Source: Escherichia phage vB_EcoD_Pubbukkers. From it: a stretch of DNA of 44,476 bases. The stretch lies in sequence record NC_073068.1. The stretch is one strand, 5' to 3'. Shown one piece after another: positions 42,523-44,476 of this stretch; position 1 is the first letter of the stretch; each line of letters opens with the position of its first letter. A program made the translations under genes and the position numbers. Under the pieces are notes generated by a model that had not been told where the DNA came from, did not search any database, and saw only the letters and a program-made list of their open reading frames with translations.

Positions 42523-43000
42523 TAACGGTCTAAGATTTACGGCAGCATGGGAGGCTTTCAGCCCGGTGCCGTATTTCGCGACCAAGAAAGAGCAGGCCCG
42601 CGGCCTGTACACCTGGGGTTATGGGCACACTGGCACTAATCCGCCACGAAGCATTACCCGTGCGGAAGCGCTGGAACTGCTCAAGCGCGATGTGGCGTAT
42701 GCTGAGGACTGGGTGAACAAATACGCACATCCGAGCATTAACCAGGCGCAATTCGACGCGCTGGTGGATCTGGTAATCAACGCCGGTCCAGGTCCGATCG
42801 TCCCGGATGACGTCGCGACCGACTTTGATGATGCGGTGCGACTGGGCGACTGGGCGAAGGTGCGGGCTATACTGCCACAATTCCGCAAGCAAGGCGGTGT
42901 AGTGCTCAAGGGGCTTGTCCGTCGTGCAATCGGCAGGCAAGCGCTATTCGATGGTAAGCAGTGGGACGTTGCCGAGCGAATCGGTCGTAACGCTGCATAA
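42509..43000 (+). CDS. endolysin, phage lysozyme (GH24-like)
   Basis: 163 aa; N-terminal GLRFTAAWEAFSPVPY...GLYTWGYGHT matches the catalytic-Glu region and the Y-T-I-G-x-G-H core of T4-type lysozymes. Confidence 0.72.
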   Translation: MRFSDNGLRFTAAWEAFSPVPYFATKKEQARGLYTWGYGHTGTNPPRSITRAEALELLKRDVAYAEDWVNKYAHPSINQAQFDALVDLVINAGPGPIVPDDVATDFDDAVRLGDWAKVRAILPQFRKQGGVVLKGLVRRAIGRQALFDGKQWDVAERIGRNAA

Positions 43001-43201
43001 TACGAGGTGACACGATATGTTAAAAAGTATTCTTGATCATAATGCGGACGCGCTCGCCGCGCTGGCTAAAACCGAAGACCCTGGCGCACGCGCTATCATC
43101 GCGGACACTATCAGCCATGCAGGCGTCTTTGACGCGAAGCTGCCTAGCCCGCCGCCACAGGAAGAATCTGGCCCAGTGACGTAAACAATCAAGCCCGGTT
43201 A

Positions 43202-43227
43202 ATTCCGGGCTTTTTTATTTATTGCCC
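43202..43227 (+). terminator. rho-independent terminator
   Basis: AGCCCGG-ttaatt-CCGGGCT stem followed by TTTTTTATTT after the lysis cassette. Confidence 0.7.
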
Positions 43228-43279
43228 CAGTACCGTGGTATATTGCATCCAGGTCATCTCAATCTGGAAGTAAATTAAT

Positions 43280-44422
43280 ATGCACCCGCAAACTAAAATC
43301 ACCGACGAGCAATTGATCGCAGAATTGCAATCCGGCACTACCGCGAAAGAGATTGCGAAGAAGTACGGCCTTTCCCTACGAAATGTCTACATGCGCAAAG
43401 CCCGCCTGTCGAAGAAAGGTATTGGTCATGGTAACGATGCCGTAATCCGTAAGCGCGTTGCCGATGGCTTTGGCGTTAAGCGCGTATCCGCCCTGGTGCG
43501 CGGCAATGGTGAAGAGGTCATGTCGTGGGTTATCACTGAGCAGGACAAGGAGCGCCAGCTTGAAGCAATGCGCGCAGTGCTGGACGGCATGAACAGCGAA
43601 ATCACACCGGCAGCACCAGTTAGCGCCCCGCCAGTCCCGATCCAGGCGCTGGACTTGCTCAACCTGTACACCGTGTCTGACTTCCACCTGGGCATGTTGG
43701 CCTGGGGCGAGGAGACTGGCGAAGACTGGGATATGGCGATCGCCGAAGACCTGTTCTACCGCTGGTTTGTCGAAGCCTTCGCACGCGCCCCGGACGCAGG
43801 CACTGCCGTAATTAATATCCTCGGTGATATGGCCCACTTTGATAGCCTCGATGCTGTCACTCCGGCAAGTGGTCACATACTGGACGCCGACACCCGCTAC
43901 CAGAAACTGGTCCGATACATGATTCGCATGGTGCGCAACGTCGTCGAACTGGCGCTGCAAAAACACCACAAAGTCAAACTGCTAATCGTCCAGGGAAATC
44001 ATGACGAGTCGGGTATGATTTGGCTGGCTGAGATGTTCAATACTCTGTACGAGAACGAGCCGCGCGTCGATGTGGATACGTCCCCGGACGTCTACAAAAT
44101 GGTGCAGCACGGCAAGACCACGCTATTTTTCCACCACGGGCATAAAGCGCGCTTTGACGCTATCGAAACCGTCATGATTTCTAAATTCAGACAGGCTTTC
44201 GGGGCCAGTGAGTACAGCTACGCGCATGTCGGTCACTTGCACCACCAGAAGATTGTTGAATCCCGCAACATGATTGTTGAACAGCACCGGACCCTCGCAG
44301 CGAAAGACGCATATGCCAGCCGTGGTGGTTGGATGTCCGGTCGCAGTGCCAACGTAATCACCTATAGCGCCAACTACGGCGAAGTGGCGCGCTTAACCAT
44401 TAGCCCGGAAATGTTGAAGTAA
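43280..44422 (+). CDS. calcineurin-like metallophosphoesterase (SbcD/Mre11-like) with N-terminal HTH
   Basis: 380 aa; N-terminal HTH-like TAKEIAKKYGLSLRNVYMRK; phosphoesterase motifs DFHLG, GDMAHFD, GNHDE and HHGH; extended -10 TGgTATATT at 43246-43254 upstream. Confidence 0.65.
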   Translation: MHPQTKITDEQLIAELQSGTTAKEIAKKYGLSLRNVYMRKARLSKKGIGHGNDAVIRKRVADGFGVKRVSALVRGNGEEVMSWVITEQDKERQLEAMRAVLDGMNSEITPAAPVSAPPVPIQALDLLNLYTVSDFHLGMLAWGEETGEDWDMAIAEDLFYRWFVEAFARAPDAGTAVINILGDMAHFDSLDAVTPASGHILDADTRYQKLVRYMIRMVRNVVELALQKHHKVKLLIVQGNHDESGMIWLAEMFNTLYENEPRVDVDTSPDVYKMVQHGKTTLFFHHGHKARFDAIETVMISKFRQAFGASEYSYAHVGHLHHQKIVESRNMIVEQHRTLAAKDAYASRGGWMSGRSANVITYSANYGEVARLTISPEMLK

Positions 44423-44476
44423 CGGCGACCCGTAAGCCTCCCAGCCTGCCGATTTGGTGGGCTTTTTTGTGCCTGT

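Noticed and set aside
44436-44470. Possible terminator after the metallophosphoesterase gene
   Set aside because: The stem is imperfect (6/8 pairing) although a T-run follows; too weak to call confidently.
1-44476. Lysogeny module (integrase, CI-like repressor, attP) or tRNA genes
   Set aside because: No tyrosine or serine recombinase signature, no repressor/Cro pair and no tRNA-like cloverleaf were noticed. Absence was judged by eye, so small or divergent genes could be missed.

Overview
The window reads as a near-complete genome of a virulent, lambda-like-tailed siphovirus; no integrase, repressor or tRNA was seen. All calls are by eye from the sequence and ORF track, with no database search. 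Plus strand 56..23577 carries packaging, head, tail and fibre genes (TerS, TerL, portal, MuF-like protein, scaffold, capsid, major tail protein, G/GT chaperone, tape measure, M/L/K/I/J-like proteins, side fibre), with an overlapped Rz/Rz1-like spanin pair at 4595..5066. Minus strand 23605..36933 is an early/replication arm: DUF2800 (Cas4-like) nuclease, DUF2815-like SSB, family-A DNA polymerase, VRR-NUC, SNF2 helicase, two DNA methyltransferases and HNH genes. Plus strand 37336..44422 carries an HTH protein, an AEP-primase/AAA+ helicase, a holin-holin-endolysin cassette and an HTH-metallophosphoesterase. The most unusual observations are: (1) an intein splitting DNA polymerase motif B whose HNH homing endonuclease is encoded in the -1 frame while the polymerase frame stays open; (2) a ~188-bp element rich in GCGGGACA iterons with a conserved stem-loop, present in two copies (inside the tail operon and downstream of the primase gene); (3) a recurring ATTGGTTGCA/TGCAACCAAT motif at 16 intergenic sites, often overlapping sigma70-like promoters; (4) a -1 frameshift site in the tail chaperone; (5) two early proteins with alternating acidic/basic repeats.
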